NCBI GenBank assembly: GCA_040954595.2
Contig: CM082578.2
Span: forward strand, 4,198,831 to 4,262,830
DNA length: 64,000 bases
Reading direction: 5' to 3'
DNA from: Balanoglossus misakiensis
Lineage: Eukaryota; Animalia; Hemichordata
Program-made: the position numbers and the translations under genes
Notes under the pieces: model-generated
The model's database searches: none
What the model was told of the DNA's origin: nothing
Seen by the model: only the letters and a program-made list of their open reading frames with translations
Part shown: positions 1 through 12,200 of the stretch, one piece after another
Numbering within the stretch: the stretch's first letter is position 1
How the letters are laid out: each line of letters starts with the position of its first letter

Positions 1-2349
1 ACTAGTCTGGTTCCATGTCTCTTTCTCACGCCGCTGGAGCTACTCTGCATCCAGCGACTGGGATTGGGCAGGGTCAGACTAGGAAAATAGCAATGGACAC
101 TTCACAATCTGGAACTATAGAAGTACAGAAGCCATACTTGTCTAAGACTATAAAGACACAAGCTGCGGCCTCATTAATTTACGTGTCACACAATAAAATG
201 ACATGAAAGAAGAAAACACTTGTGATAGATCTTGAGATTAAACAATTAATTTGCTGCATTCAATTCAATTCACTTTAGTTAAATATTAATAATGCGAGTT
301 AATGTCATTTCGTTACTTCTGGCCCCGGCCAAGGAAAAATGAGAATGTGTATCGGGAGAAAAATAAGAGTATCAGCTATCTGTTAAATTGCATTACAAAT
401 TTAGACAACATTTCATACACAATGCCTCTTGTAATCTGTCGTTATACTGCTCAAATTGCAATTTATTAATTTAGACACCGTACATGTATCACACGCCGCA
501 CCGCCATTCGCAAGTAATTCGTAAAATTCATATAGTAGCCGATGGCCTTTGCGGTTAAAACTTTCCGTACTGTATCATATGGATGACGTGTTTAATAAGT
601 TTGTGGTCATTCCAGACAGTTGAGAAATGCTTTGCTAGCTTCTGCTCAATGACTACTTTTTTCGGGGGGGGGGGGGGGATGTTTACTGCAGGCCACTGAT
701 CTGTGTTGAATATTGGACGTGAATTGCTTAAAAAATTGCCAATTGTTTGGACAATTTTTCCCTAACCTTTGACCTACAGTTAAACCTACAGTTTAAGCAT
801 TTGTATCAGAACAGACATGACGCATACCGCATGGCAATTATTTGACATTAATAGTACGTAGGAAACAGATTAGATGGATGGGTTTATACATTCAATATCC
901 ATGTATTGACCAGCCATTTAAGAGCATACGCCTGTCTGCCCGAGAAAACTGTTGAGTCGCTTCAAAATGTATGCTTAGAGGCACAGAAGTCTGGTTGCCC
1001 GATTATCAGAAGAGCCTGCCCTGTAACTCAGACAAAAGCTACGGCCTTTTCAATTTACCTGCCACACAATAACAATGCCAGAAAATGACATTTAATTCGC
1101 TGACACAAAAGAAGCAAAAACGTTCGTGACAGAAATAGGAATTGAACAATTGTTACAGGCATTTCAATTTAGTTTATTATTGATAAAAGCAATTTAACGA
1201 TCTAATAATGTCATTTGACACCTCTTGAAGAATATATATTCGGGAGAAAAGAAACTCAGTGTGTCAGGTATACTAGATAGAAATTGCATTACAAAGTTAA
1301 ACGTGAAGTCATCAAAAAAGCCTCCGGCACGCGCGCGCAATTCTTAAAATTCCTTTGGTGGCCAAAGTTTTCGAAATATGACAAAAATCTTTGAAAAAAC
1401 TTCTTTCAAGAACTGTTTCTCAAGAACCATTAGACAGTTCGGAATGGTTGGATGACTACTTACAGGGGTATAGATATGTACGGCGACATTAAGTTTGCAT
1501 AGTGGTTCTCTTAGATTAACCATATCTGCATAATAGGCTTCTCTTTATTTCTTTTATCTTGTGCATATGTAATTCCATGTTAAAAAGTGACCAGTGGGGT
1601 TCGTTTTGTCGACGATGGATCAGCCCGGGCCCAAAATTTAACCCAACTTCTGGATGACATTCGACCAACATTCGCATATGTCATCAGTATATACAGTATA
1701 TGTGTTCCTTGTGTTTTCTGGAACACGTCACTCTATGGAGCCATTCATTAAATGACAACTTTTCAAATATTTTTTTAATTACGCTCCTGCCTTATTCAAA
1801 GTTTTCATAATTATGCTAAGGGGATTTTTTAAGTCAGAAAATTAAGATACTTGAACACCCTTGCTCGGGAATGTAAAATCTGCAATACAGTGGTAAAAAC
1901 TGACTAATATTGGATTCCCCACATCAATTCGCGGGCACAGAACCATTGGGCCAAACCGCATCCCGTAGATAGACTCAATTACTCTTACTAAAATAACAAG
2001 CACTTTGCAAAAAATGTCAACGCAGTTTCATTGAAGTCCGTTGATTTATACGATATTTCATGGTATACAATCACAAAATAATCCCAATTGTGGTCATCTT
2101 TCAGAAAAGGGACTAGTCTTGTACAAATACTTAAAAGCATAATATCAGATGATACGAGCAAATTTGATTATACAAATTACCCGACAGTATGCGATTGGCT
2201 GGTGTACGACTGAGTGACGTGAATTAACACCACCAATAAAAGCGTGTGGGTGTGCCTATAGCAACCGACTGATGTACTTGTATGTCACAACCCTGTATAC
2301 CCCACAGTTGAAATTGTGCTTCGCGTGTAAAACAGGATGAAATACTGAG

Positions 2350-2413
2350 ATGTTTCAACTAGTCCTAATTTCGCTGTTATTGTTATACTGTACGCGCATA
2401 ACCGAAGGAACAG
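2350..2413 (+). CDS. Exon 1 (signal peptide) of SRCR-pentraxin-HYR-GAIN/GPS gene
   Basis: MFQLVLISLLLLYCTRITEGT: Met, hydrophobic core and small residues, then donor CAG|GTAAG. Phase 1 matches the next SRCR exon. Confidence 0.75.
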
Positions 2414-3576
2414 GTAAGAGTAAACTTTGTAGTTTTGCAAGTAGTGCCTTGGTATTAATTTTATTCCTGAAGATTACCATAGACCATTTTGGTTTTATTT
2501 GTTTGCGGTTGTTCGACTGCATTTGTTATTAAATTCCGATAACTGAACTGTAATGATTGTCAACAACTGTTTCATGGAACTGTCATGAAGTCGCTTTGTA
2601 AAAGTCGCAGTTTTTAATTGGATTAAACGTTCTTCAGACGGGAAGAGCGTTTCTGTCACTGATTGTGTTTTCCGTTAAAAGCGGACATTTTGTTTACATT
2701 GTAAAATAGAAAATTGAACAGTGACAATGGATCGATGTTCAAATTGCTTTATTTCAGCAAAATAGTTGATCAACTTACTGTCATGATATCATTTCGGTGC
2801 TTGGTATGGGCTGGAAATCATTCTATTTTCTGAAATTGATGTCATTCAGCTATAAGATTCATTCCGCGTTCGATTGAATAGACTTCCCCATCCAATTCTC
2901 CTGTCAGCAGTTTGAATGTTGCAGCTACCTGTTTATATGACTTTCTCCCAGAATGAGCGGGCCATTTCGAAGCCTTGTCCTCACTGGGTGTTTCCTAGAG
3001 TATTGCATGATCTGAGTTTACACTCTGCAAACAAATATGTTCACACATATTTTTTTTCTGTCGCTGTTTTTTTCTGTTTCTGTTGCTGCTTGGTTGAACG
3101 CGTTACAGTGAGAATCCCCGATAAATATGTTTAGCCCTCGTGTACATATTTAAAGTGCACAGGTGTGATGTGCGATATTGTAATCTTTTAATGTTGCACC
3201 TGCAACTGACTATTCAATTCTAATGTAGATAGCTTCAACTGTAGTACTTTGGTTTGTGAGCAATAACAAATAAACATTTCTGACAGGCATTGCCGATAAA
3301 GAGGGAATTTTTTTATATAGGCAAGAGACGCATAACCGACGAAGGATTCTCAGTCTCCGGGCAGACTGGGGCTCGGCCGATATGCCGCAGCCATGCATTT
3401 GCATTAAAGTCATTGGACACGGAAATCGTTATGTCTTCCGAATGTGTGAAATAGGAGCCAGCGTGGTGTCACCTAGATTGTTCGGGGTACCTTGAGTTTA
3501 ATACGAAGCGTGGAGTTTAAGAACATGGCAATAAGAAAAATAGTGTACTATTTGGTAAAGAATTATGAAACATTAA

Positions 3577-4179
3577 AGCCACAGTATTTCTCGTAGGGGC
3601 AAAATTTTGTTTGAAACGGCATCTATAATTTCTAAAAGTAGATGATAATTGATACTGAATCGAACAGTCATCATCACCAGCTCTGCTGATAAACTCATAC
3701 AATTTACAATATAACGAGTGAAGAATGACTTTCTGTCCGGACAGAAAGTCACGTGAGTCAGGCTAATGTTGACACATGTGACTAGTGCGCATGCGCACTC
3801 AAATGTGAATCTATGCGGAAGAGGTTTGGTCGCCCCAAATCAAGCGACTCAGCGAAGAAATGCGCACTAATTCGGCGAAATTTTGGGAAGATAACTTTAT
3901 GGGAGAAATCAGTCGATGGAACCAGATCAAATCCGAAAATGGTCTGACCATCAAAATGTCAAAGTGGCACGTTTGCTGATCGACATGTACAACATTTCCG
4001 TTGTAAACAAACCCGCGCATCATTTCAAGTGTTACGGGCGATATTTTCGGCTTGCATGTAGCTACAATTGCCCAAACCTTTCTTGCATCTTCATTATATA
4101 GTATTCCATGATGGATGTACTGGAAAAACGGGCTTTTTTCGATGATGAAAAATGGATGCACACGAGAAATACTGGGGCT
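3577..4179. mobile_element. Non-autonomous TIR element with TTAA flanks (Kolobok-like)
   Basis: ttaa-AGCCACAGTATTTCTCG ... CGAGAAATACTGGGGCT-ttaa; inverted second copy at 19224-19905. Confidence 0.8.
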
Positions 4180-5409
4180 TTAAGAGAAGACATTTTTCAG
4201 CCCGTGCCAAGCACCAAAATGATATGGCCAATTCTTGTGGAGTTTTATTTGCCTATTTCACAGTATAAATACAACTCTTGTGTCATTATTACACATTGCT
4301 CTACTCTTGGAATGTATCTACTGTAAAATATTTGTTGCTATGAAGGTGCGCCAAAATATCTCCGTGCATACCTGTAAATATATTAACTATTTCTCATTAT
4401 CGTACCCCTGACTCCCTCGATACCCCTAAAATTGGAGCCCCCTACAGCCTCAGCCTGCGTGGTTAATAAAGTTCAAGGTAGCTCCCACCGACACGATGAA
4501 TATTCTCTCGGGGAATTTCTGACAGTGTTGACTAATTTGCACAAGAAAATAATTAGATCGTAAGAAAATAATGAATTTCTGTTTTTTACTCAAGATAAAA
4601 TTGCTATGGCTAAAATCAACTAATTCTTCTGGCAGGGGAACATTCTTGGTTAAAATTTATGATGAGAAAAAAAACTTTTAACAGCTCAATAGTTGTATCT
4701 TGTCATGCTATTTAGAGTGTGTTGGTTCTCCGCATAAAACAATATTAGTTTGACTTACAAAATAATTTCAGCATAGCTGCATGTGTAGTAACTACTGACG
4801 TACACCACTAATAGCAAGTTAGATACCGTAATCAATCTATCAGTTCAACCACTCCATTAATTCAACCACCCACTATTCTTTGGAAAATTAATTATTTTTT
4901 AACCTTCAATTGTTTGACCACTGATTAAAATGCATTTGTTGATATTGTGTATTTTTCATGAAGATATCTGCAACTTTGACCTTCCAAGGTATTCAGAACT
5001 CACTGATTTTATTCTGGCTGACCTTAAACAGTTCAATTCTATCATAAATATCACCTAAACTACATGCTGATAGTGCATACAGTTCATGCCATGCAAACAT
5101 GACCCTGAAAAATTATTCAAGCACTTTGAGTGGCCATTCTTTTGTTGTTATTTTTATTCTATTAGTTTGTCTTTTCACAAATCATATTTATTTTTTCTGG
5201 TCGAACTGATGGAGTGATTACGGTAATATGCAAACTACATTTTATTAACGAGATATCATAAAATTTTTCAAACTTGAAATAACCATGAGATAAATACCTG
5301 TACAATTAATTTCCACTGAGTTTGTGATGATCTTTTGGAAATATATCATTAATTAGAAAAGTTCAACTTTGCAACTTAATAAAAGTCGGTGGAATGTTTC
5401 CCATCATAA

Positions 5410-6836
5410 CAGGGCTCGAAATTCGCGGTAGCCCCGCGTCCACACACTACCAATGATTGCGATCGGGCTACCAATTTGACACCAGTGGTAGCCCAATTGG
5501 GCTACCATGCGTGCAACGTATCTTGGACTTGTTACAGTTTATAATGATTCAACCACTGCAGTGTTTTCTCCAGGACGCGCGATTCCCCCTCTTTTACACT
5601 TGAATCATCGCCCCTTCGTGAGCAGCCCACCCGGCCAGTGCATGTGCGTCAAGCCTCCATAGCATGCACCGTCAGTCAAAACACTGAAAACGGCCGATAT
5701 TACTGCGTGCTGGCCTATACATTTTAACTTCCCACCCCCCAAAACTATGTTGTAGATGACTTTCACATTAATTTACGTGTAATTTAGCTTCAGTGCTATA
5801 GTGTGCAATTGTTGGAACAGCCTATCTGGACACCGTCTAAATTTAGAGCAAACACTCTGCACTCAAGTGATGGCTGAACGTAACAATTTTATGCAAATTA
5901 AAAGAACTGCGTTCATCTCAGTTTTCCATGACCTTGTTTTCTTACTTAGGAAGGAAAGTCATTCAATATGTACAGAGACTGTTTATTTGAGTAGTGTGCT
6001 TAGCCACAGATAGGAAATTGTTGGCAGAAATCTGAAGGAATATATACTACTTCAATTTATTTCACTATAATAATGGTTTCACAATCTATTATTTTGGCAG
6101 CTAAAAAAACTGAAACTTTTAAAATCAAACAAGAATTTTTTTACCAGGTATAGTATTAAAGAAAGACACTATTGTTTTTGCAGTTGCATTTATTTTATTC
6201 ATTTCACTCTACTTGCCAGGGGAGCAGTTAGTCACTCTCCTACCACTTGTGTAATTAATTTCAGGAGAGTTATTTTCAGCTCTCCAGGCTTTTTTAAATT
6301 ACATGCCCTGAAAGTTATGCAAGTTGGTGTCTTCCTCTGCAAAACCTACTAATTTAAAGAAGAAAAAACTGTAACTGTTAATTTGTTGTCAAGTTCACAT
6401 GTAAAATGTTGTAATTTACTAATACTGTTTTTAATATGGAATGAAGGCAGTTAGTAAGTTAACGTTCAAAATTGTCATTCGTGACATTTACTTCGACCAA
6501 ATCCCCCTTAATTTTGGACTAAGGGGGGACATTCCCCCTTCTCTCAACATCCTGGAGAAAACACTGGGTTCAACCGGCCGCGGACTCGTGTGCATTAATT
6601 TGACACGTGTCAATCAACAATATAATTGTTCACCATAGCAGTATGTATATATATATTAAAGATTTACCAACGTTCTCAAACAGATATAGACCTACTACCG
6701 TACATGTAGCAGTATACAATGTACATTGATTTATCATTGTATTATGTGGACTACCAGCTATTGCTCTTGGGCTACCAACTTTAGAAAATGGTAGCCCACT
6801 GAGGCTACCAAGAAAAAAAACGAATTTCGAGCCCTG
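5410..6836. mobile_element. hAT-like non-autonomous element
   Basis: TIR CAGGGCTCGAAATTCG/CGAATTTCGAGCCCTG; subterminal GGTAGCCC/GGGCTACC motifs; degenerate 8-bp flanks catcataa/cataatga. Confidence 0.75.
5559..6566. mobile_element. Second hAT-like element nested in the first
   Basis: TIR CAGTGTTTTCTCCAGGA/TCCTGGAGAAAACACTG. Confidence 0.7.
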
Positions 6837-7358
6837 CATAATGATGTGATATTGGTATCTACAAAAAGTAAGTTTCAACAAAGTTGGTAAAGTAATTTTC
6901 AGTATATGCGGATTCTGTCATACACGAGCTAAAATCATAACAACTTGATCTTGATAACTTCAATAAAATTCAAGCCACATCCACCAATATGCATTCATTT
7001 CTGACCATCCGCCAACATCGATACCTGTCCACAAAATTTGGTTCAAATCTGACCCACCGTTTTATGATATCCATGACACAGACAGAAAACAGACAGACAG
7101 ACAGACAGACTCTTCCCCTATGCGAATACGGAAACTAGCACGGGCCAGTACTTCTATAAGCAACCATGACTTGTTAATATATTTACGTGCGTCACTTAAA
7201 CCATAGACCCTGGAAGGTCTATGCTTAAACTTTATCAAATGTGGGGGCGACCTAAACTTGATCAATGCAGTTAAGTTGCAACCCAATCTCTCCGTGATCT
7301 TTTTGATACATGCAACTGAAGATATTTTTTAACATTTTCATTCAATACACGCATACAG

Positions 7359-7503
7359 CTGAAGGTGACATTAGGTTGAGAGAATCACCAACTCAGTACA
7401 AAGGACGTGTAGAAATATATCACAACGGTCAGTGGGGAACAGTCTGTTCTGACGGCTTTGATGATAATGCTGCAACAGTTGTGTGTCGTCAACTAGGATA
7501 TAG
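7359..7503 (+). CDS. SRCR domain 1, first half
   Basis: cag|CT acceptor; [39 protein letters not shown]; donor AG|gtaatt, phase 2. Confidence 0.95.
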
Positions 7504-7613
7504 GTAATTATAAGATTTGTGATATAAAGAATGACGCACACGCACATGCACACGCAGGCACACGCACACACATACACACACAATTTAAACCTTGAATGCC
7601 TGATCTACCTTAG

Positions 7614-7786
7614 TGAAAGGTTTGCATTAGCCTGTGCAAATGCACATTTTGGAAGAGGACCTGATCCGGTCTGGCTGTCTGATGTGAAATGCGATGGAAA
7701 TGAGATGGCTCTCACTGAATGCCCCCATCCTGGATGGGGAATGAAGACATGTAACCACTATCGAGATGTTGGCGTTCTTTGTTATG
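7614..7786 (+). CDS. SRCR domain 1, second half
   Basis: AHFGRGPDPVWLSDVKCDGNEMALTECPHPGWGMKTCNHYRDVGVLC; tag| acceptor and G|gtaagt donor. Confidence 0.95.
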
Positions 7787-8157
7787 GTAAGTGACGGAAA
7801 GTAACCATTTATGTGCATATTAGGCCAAAAATAATATGTGCTGTTCCGCTTACAAAATGGTTTTCAAAAATAGGGTAGTTTTTTTATTACCCTGGCCGCT
7901 GTTGTGTAGAAGAATGACGTCATAGTTCTTGCGTGATTCGTTATATCAAAACTGAAGTATGCCGCAACTGTTTTTGACAGTATCGATAAAGTGTACTCCG
8001 ATAAATAAGACGCTCTTCATCACATACACTTGATCACATATTTGTTGTATATTTTAAAAGTAGCATTTTATGATTATTCCTATCTTGATTTGTGTGTACA
8101 ATTAATTTCCTACTGTTGTCTGAAGGGCGCGGATATCTTGCATTGTAATTTGGAATT

Positions 8158-8693
8158 ATATTATATCATGCTACCGTCCACGATTCTGATTGGACGAGAG
8201 AGATGGTAAAATACTGTTTTACCACTGCTGGCAGTTGTAAAATGGGCCCCTGAACTAGCATGCAGCAGTGAAAATATGCGGTTACACCACAGTCGCGTGG
8301 GATTAAACGAAATAAATAACACAAAAACACTTTACGGACGTTTTCTTTTGGAACTGAACTGCTCTGAATATTTTGCACTTTTGTCACTTTTTGTCGTCTG
8401 CTTCATGTTTAATGCTCGATTCCGGGCCGCTCGTGTTTACATTCATCGTCGCCATCTTGGTTAACGATCGTAACTTCTTTTTCTGACGCTGTTTCGTTAA
8501 GAAAATGACACTGATATGCCACAACATCAATTGTTGATATAATATAATAGCAATAACCCCCGCCTCAGTCGGGTATACACGAGATTTTGGTACAATTCAC
8601 TCCATAAAGCACTCGCCTAACGGCTCGTGCTATATGTCTCGAATTGTACCAAAATCTCGTGTATACCCGCCTGCGGCGGGGGTGATTGCTTTA
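8158..8693. mobile_element. Repeat with a ~145-bp terminal palindrome
   Basis: Hairpin 8549-8692; other end ATATCATGCTACCGTCC..CTGATTGG; related copies at 16629-18920, 60109-60300 and a fragment at 52790-53035. Confidence 0.8.
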
Positions 8694-8890
8694 ATATCCA
8701 ATAACAACAATCTTCAAATTTCATATTCCTGGGCTATCAACAATGTAGAAATAAAAGCATCTTACTATATGTACCATTTAGTAGGGTCAGATTCCTATTC
8801 AATCGCATTCTGATGTTGTTTTTACAAGTACAACATGCCATAGTAAACAAGTTAAGTTGTTTCTTAATGAATATATTTTCACACATCCAG

Positions 8891-9035
8891 TTGAAGGTGA
8901 CATTCGCTTGCGAGCTGGAGTGGATCAGTACAAAGGACAAGTAGAAATATATCACAACGGTCAGTGGGGAACAATCTGTGATGACGGCTTTGATCAAAAT
9001 GCTGCAAATGTTGTGTGTCGTCAACTAGGATATAG
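8891..9035 (+). CDS. SRCR domain 2, first half
   Basis: [42 protein letters not shown] with canonical splice sites. Confidence 0.95.
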
Positions 9036-9221
9036 GTAATTATAAGATTTGTTAATGACTTGTGCTATTGCGTCCATGGCTTCATTTAACCTCTTTTATG
9101 GTTGGATTTATTAGTTCTGTACTTCGATATTCACAATTCATACGTACGCACGCTCAAATACACTGCCACAGAAAGTATTTTGTTTTCTAAACGTTGAATT
9201 CATGATCCTGATCTACCTAAG

Positions 9222-9273
9222 TCAGAGGTTTGGAACCGCCCAGTATGTAGAAACACATTATGGAGAAGGAGGT
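9222..9273 (+). pseudogene. Truncated SRCR second-half exon, cut by a repeat insertion
   Basis: SQRFGTAQYVETHYGEGG is homologous to the start of the other second-half exons. The sequence switches abruptly to the element terminus at ~9274. Confidence 0.75.
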
Positions 9274-12200
9274 TTATTAGGGGCTCAAGCGCCTGAGGGT
9301 ACTTGGGCCCCTACTGTAATTGCTGGAGTTTGTCTTCTTTCTTCTTGAGTCGTATTTTCGGCCACGAATATCTCAGAAACCGCTGCAGCTGCGCTTTTGA
9401 AACTTGGCACGGTGGTTGAGGCCCATGAGTACTCATGCACCTGACCTTTGAAGTTGTAATTAGTCACGTGACTTTGTGGCTATATTCGATCGAAATTTTC
9501 AAATTGACCAAATTTGCATGGGAATGGCGCCATGTACATTCTTTTCTCAAACTTTGCAGACCATGTGGCCAAAATCCTCTGTGCCAAATATCAAGGTCCT
9601 AGGCCATTCTGATTTTGAGAAGAAGGTTTTATAATACTTTTTCATATTTTTTATTTTAGCTGTGGTACATTGCCGTACCGTTGGGGGGGGGGGGGGGGTT
9701 GATTAATTACCCGACGGACGGCTACCGGACGACCCCATACTAAACGTGCAGTTGCACCGCCGTGACTGGATGGCGTAGGAACATTTGAACAGCAACAGAA
9801 AACAAACTGAACGTAATTCAATAAAAAGCCCTATACAAGCCTGAACTCTGATTATTTCTGGTCCAAAAACTCCTTTCGTGAAAAAAAATCACTGGTCTGT
9901 TTACGTACTTCGGCCGATTTTCCAAGGAGTACTACCCGAAAACATGGCGGGTTAAAACTCCGGCAGTGCGCGGACTTTGACCCTCAGGCCTCGCTCACTT
10001 CTGTTGTGCGAAGTGTCATTAGCATATCAATGGCAGTTACCAGTGGGTAGTACTCCTTGGAAAATCGGACGAAATACGTAAACAGACCAGTGAAAAAATA
10101 GCGTCAAGGACACTGTGGTCCCATTTGAGGACATAGCACATAGCAACATAGCAATAAGCATATCTGCTCTCGATGCCAAGATATGGAAAAGTAGGTCAAA
10201 GGTCACCCGAGGTCATGCAAAATTTGGGCAAGAAATTTTGAACCTATACTGGTCCATGTTCAACAAAAACCAAACCTATAGCCCTATTGGTTAGCCTGGA
10301 ATTAGGTATGCACATAATTAATGAGATATGCAGGTGTCATAGGTGACCCCCAATTTTGGCTTTTCAATTTTAGTCCCAACCCTCCAAACACCAAGTCTGT
10401 ACCTGCTCTGGATGCCAAGATATGATAAAGTAGGTCAAAGGTCACCTGAGCTCATGCAAAATTTGGGCAAGAAATTTTGACCTTATACTGGTCCATGTTC
10501 AATAAAAACCAAACCTTATTGGTTAGCCTGGAATTAGGTATGCACATAATTAATGAGATATGCAGGTGTCACAGGTGACCCCCAATTTTGGCTTTTCAAT
10601 TTTAGTCCCAACCCCCCAAACGCCAAGTCTGTACCTGCTCTGGATGCCAAGATATGGAAAAGTAGGTCAAAGATCACCTGAGGTCACCCAAAATTTGGGC
10701 AAGAAATTTTGACCCTATACTGGTCCATGTCCCACAAGAACGAAACCTCTAGCCCTATTAGTTAGCCCGGAATTAGGTATGCACATAATTAATGTTTAAG
10801 CAGGTGTTACAGGTGAGCCCAAAAATTTGCCTTTTATTTTGGCCCCGTTGTGCTCACTGACCAGTAGACAGTCACTGTACAGGACTATTGCACAGACCAG
10901 AATTCCACAATAAGACGTGGACATAGCTTAACCATTGAGGTATAAGTAAAGGTATAAATTTAATAAAAAGACTAAAAAAATCATAAAAAATAAAACATCC
11001 ATGATATCAACTTAACACTTACAGGTCGGTGTGAGGTTGACATAAGGTACATGCATACCAATTTTCAAAGCAATCTGACCAGTAGTTGTTGACTTACAAA
11101 GTTTTGATCAATTTCACAATTTTCCAGCTAATTTACATATTTTTGGGCCTGGCAACTTCGTTTGGACAAACTCCCATCTACAGCCCTGCCTGCACCTACA
11201 CACCAAATATTGAGGTGATACGCGCAGCGGTTTTCAAGTTTTTGATGTGGACGGACATACAGACATACATCCATACATACATCCATCCATCCATACATAC
11301 ATACAGACGCAACCCATCCCATAAGGTCCCATGGTATATAGGCCTATACCAATGGGACCTAAAAACGATAAATCCACTGAAGTTTCGCCGATGTTTACAA
11401 ACTTTGTCCGCCATGTTTGCTCCAACATGGCGGAACACATCGGCTGATGGGAGTTTGTCCAAAAGAAGTGATAGGCCCAAAAATATGTAAATTAGCTGGA
11501 AAATTGTGAAATTGATCAAAACTTTGTTTGGACAAACTCCCATCTACAGCCCTGCCTGCACCTACACACCAAATATTGAGGTGATACGCGCAGCGGTTTT
11601 CAAGTTTTTGATGTGGACGGACATACAGACATACATCCATACATACATCCATCCATCCATACATACATACAGACGCAACCCATCCCATAAGGTCCCATGG
11701 TATATAGGCCTATACCAATGGGACCTAAAAACGATAAATCCACTGAAGTTTCGCCGATGTTTACAAACTTTGTCCGCCATGTTTGCTCCAACATGGCGGA
11801 ACACATCGGCTGATGGGAGTTTGTCCAAAAGAAGTGATAGGCCCAAAAATATGCAAATTAGCTGGAAAAATGTGAAATTTATCAAAACTCTGTAAGTCAA
11901 CAACTACTCGTCAGATTGCTTTAAAAATTGGTATGCATGTACCTTATGTCAACCTCACATCGACCTGTAAGTGTTAAGTTGATATCATGGATGTTTTATT
12001 TTTTATGAATTTTTTAGTATTTTTATTAAATTTATACCTTTACTTATACCTCTGTGGTTAAGCTATGTCCACGTCTTATTGTGGAATTCTGGTCTGTGCA
12101 ATAGTCCTGTACAGTGACTGTCTATTGGTCAGTGAGCACAATGGGGCCAAAATAAAAGGCAAATTTTTGGGCTCACCTGTAACACCTGCTTAAACATTAA

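Noticed and set aside
2-81. Tiny CTAGTCTG..CAGACTAG inverted-repeat element
   Set aside because: Only an 8-bp match at the window edge; the TSD cannot be assessed.
11086-11903. Overlapping 113-134 aa ORFs on both strands
   Set aside because: They arise from microsatellite and duplicated repeat sequence and show no domain signal.
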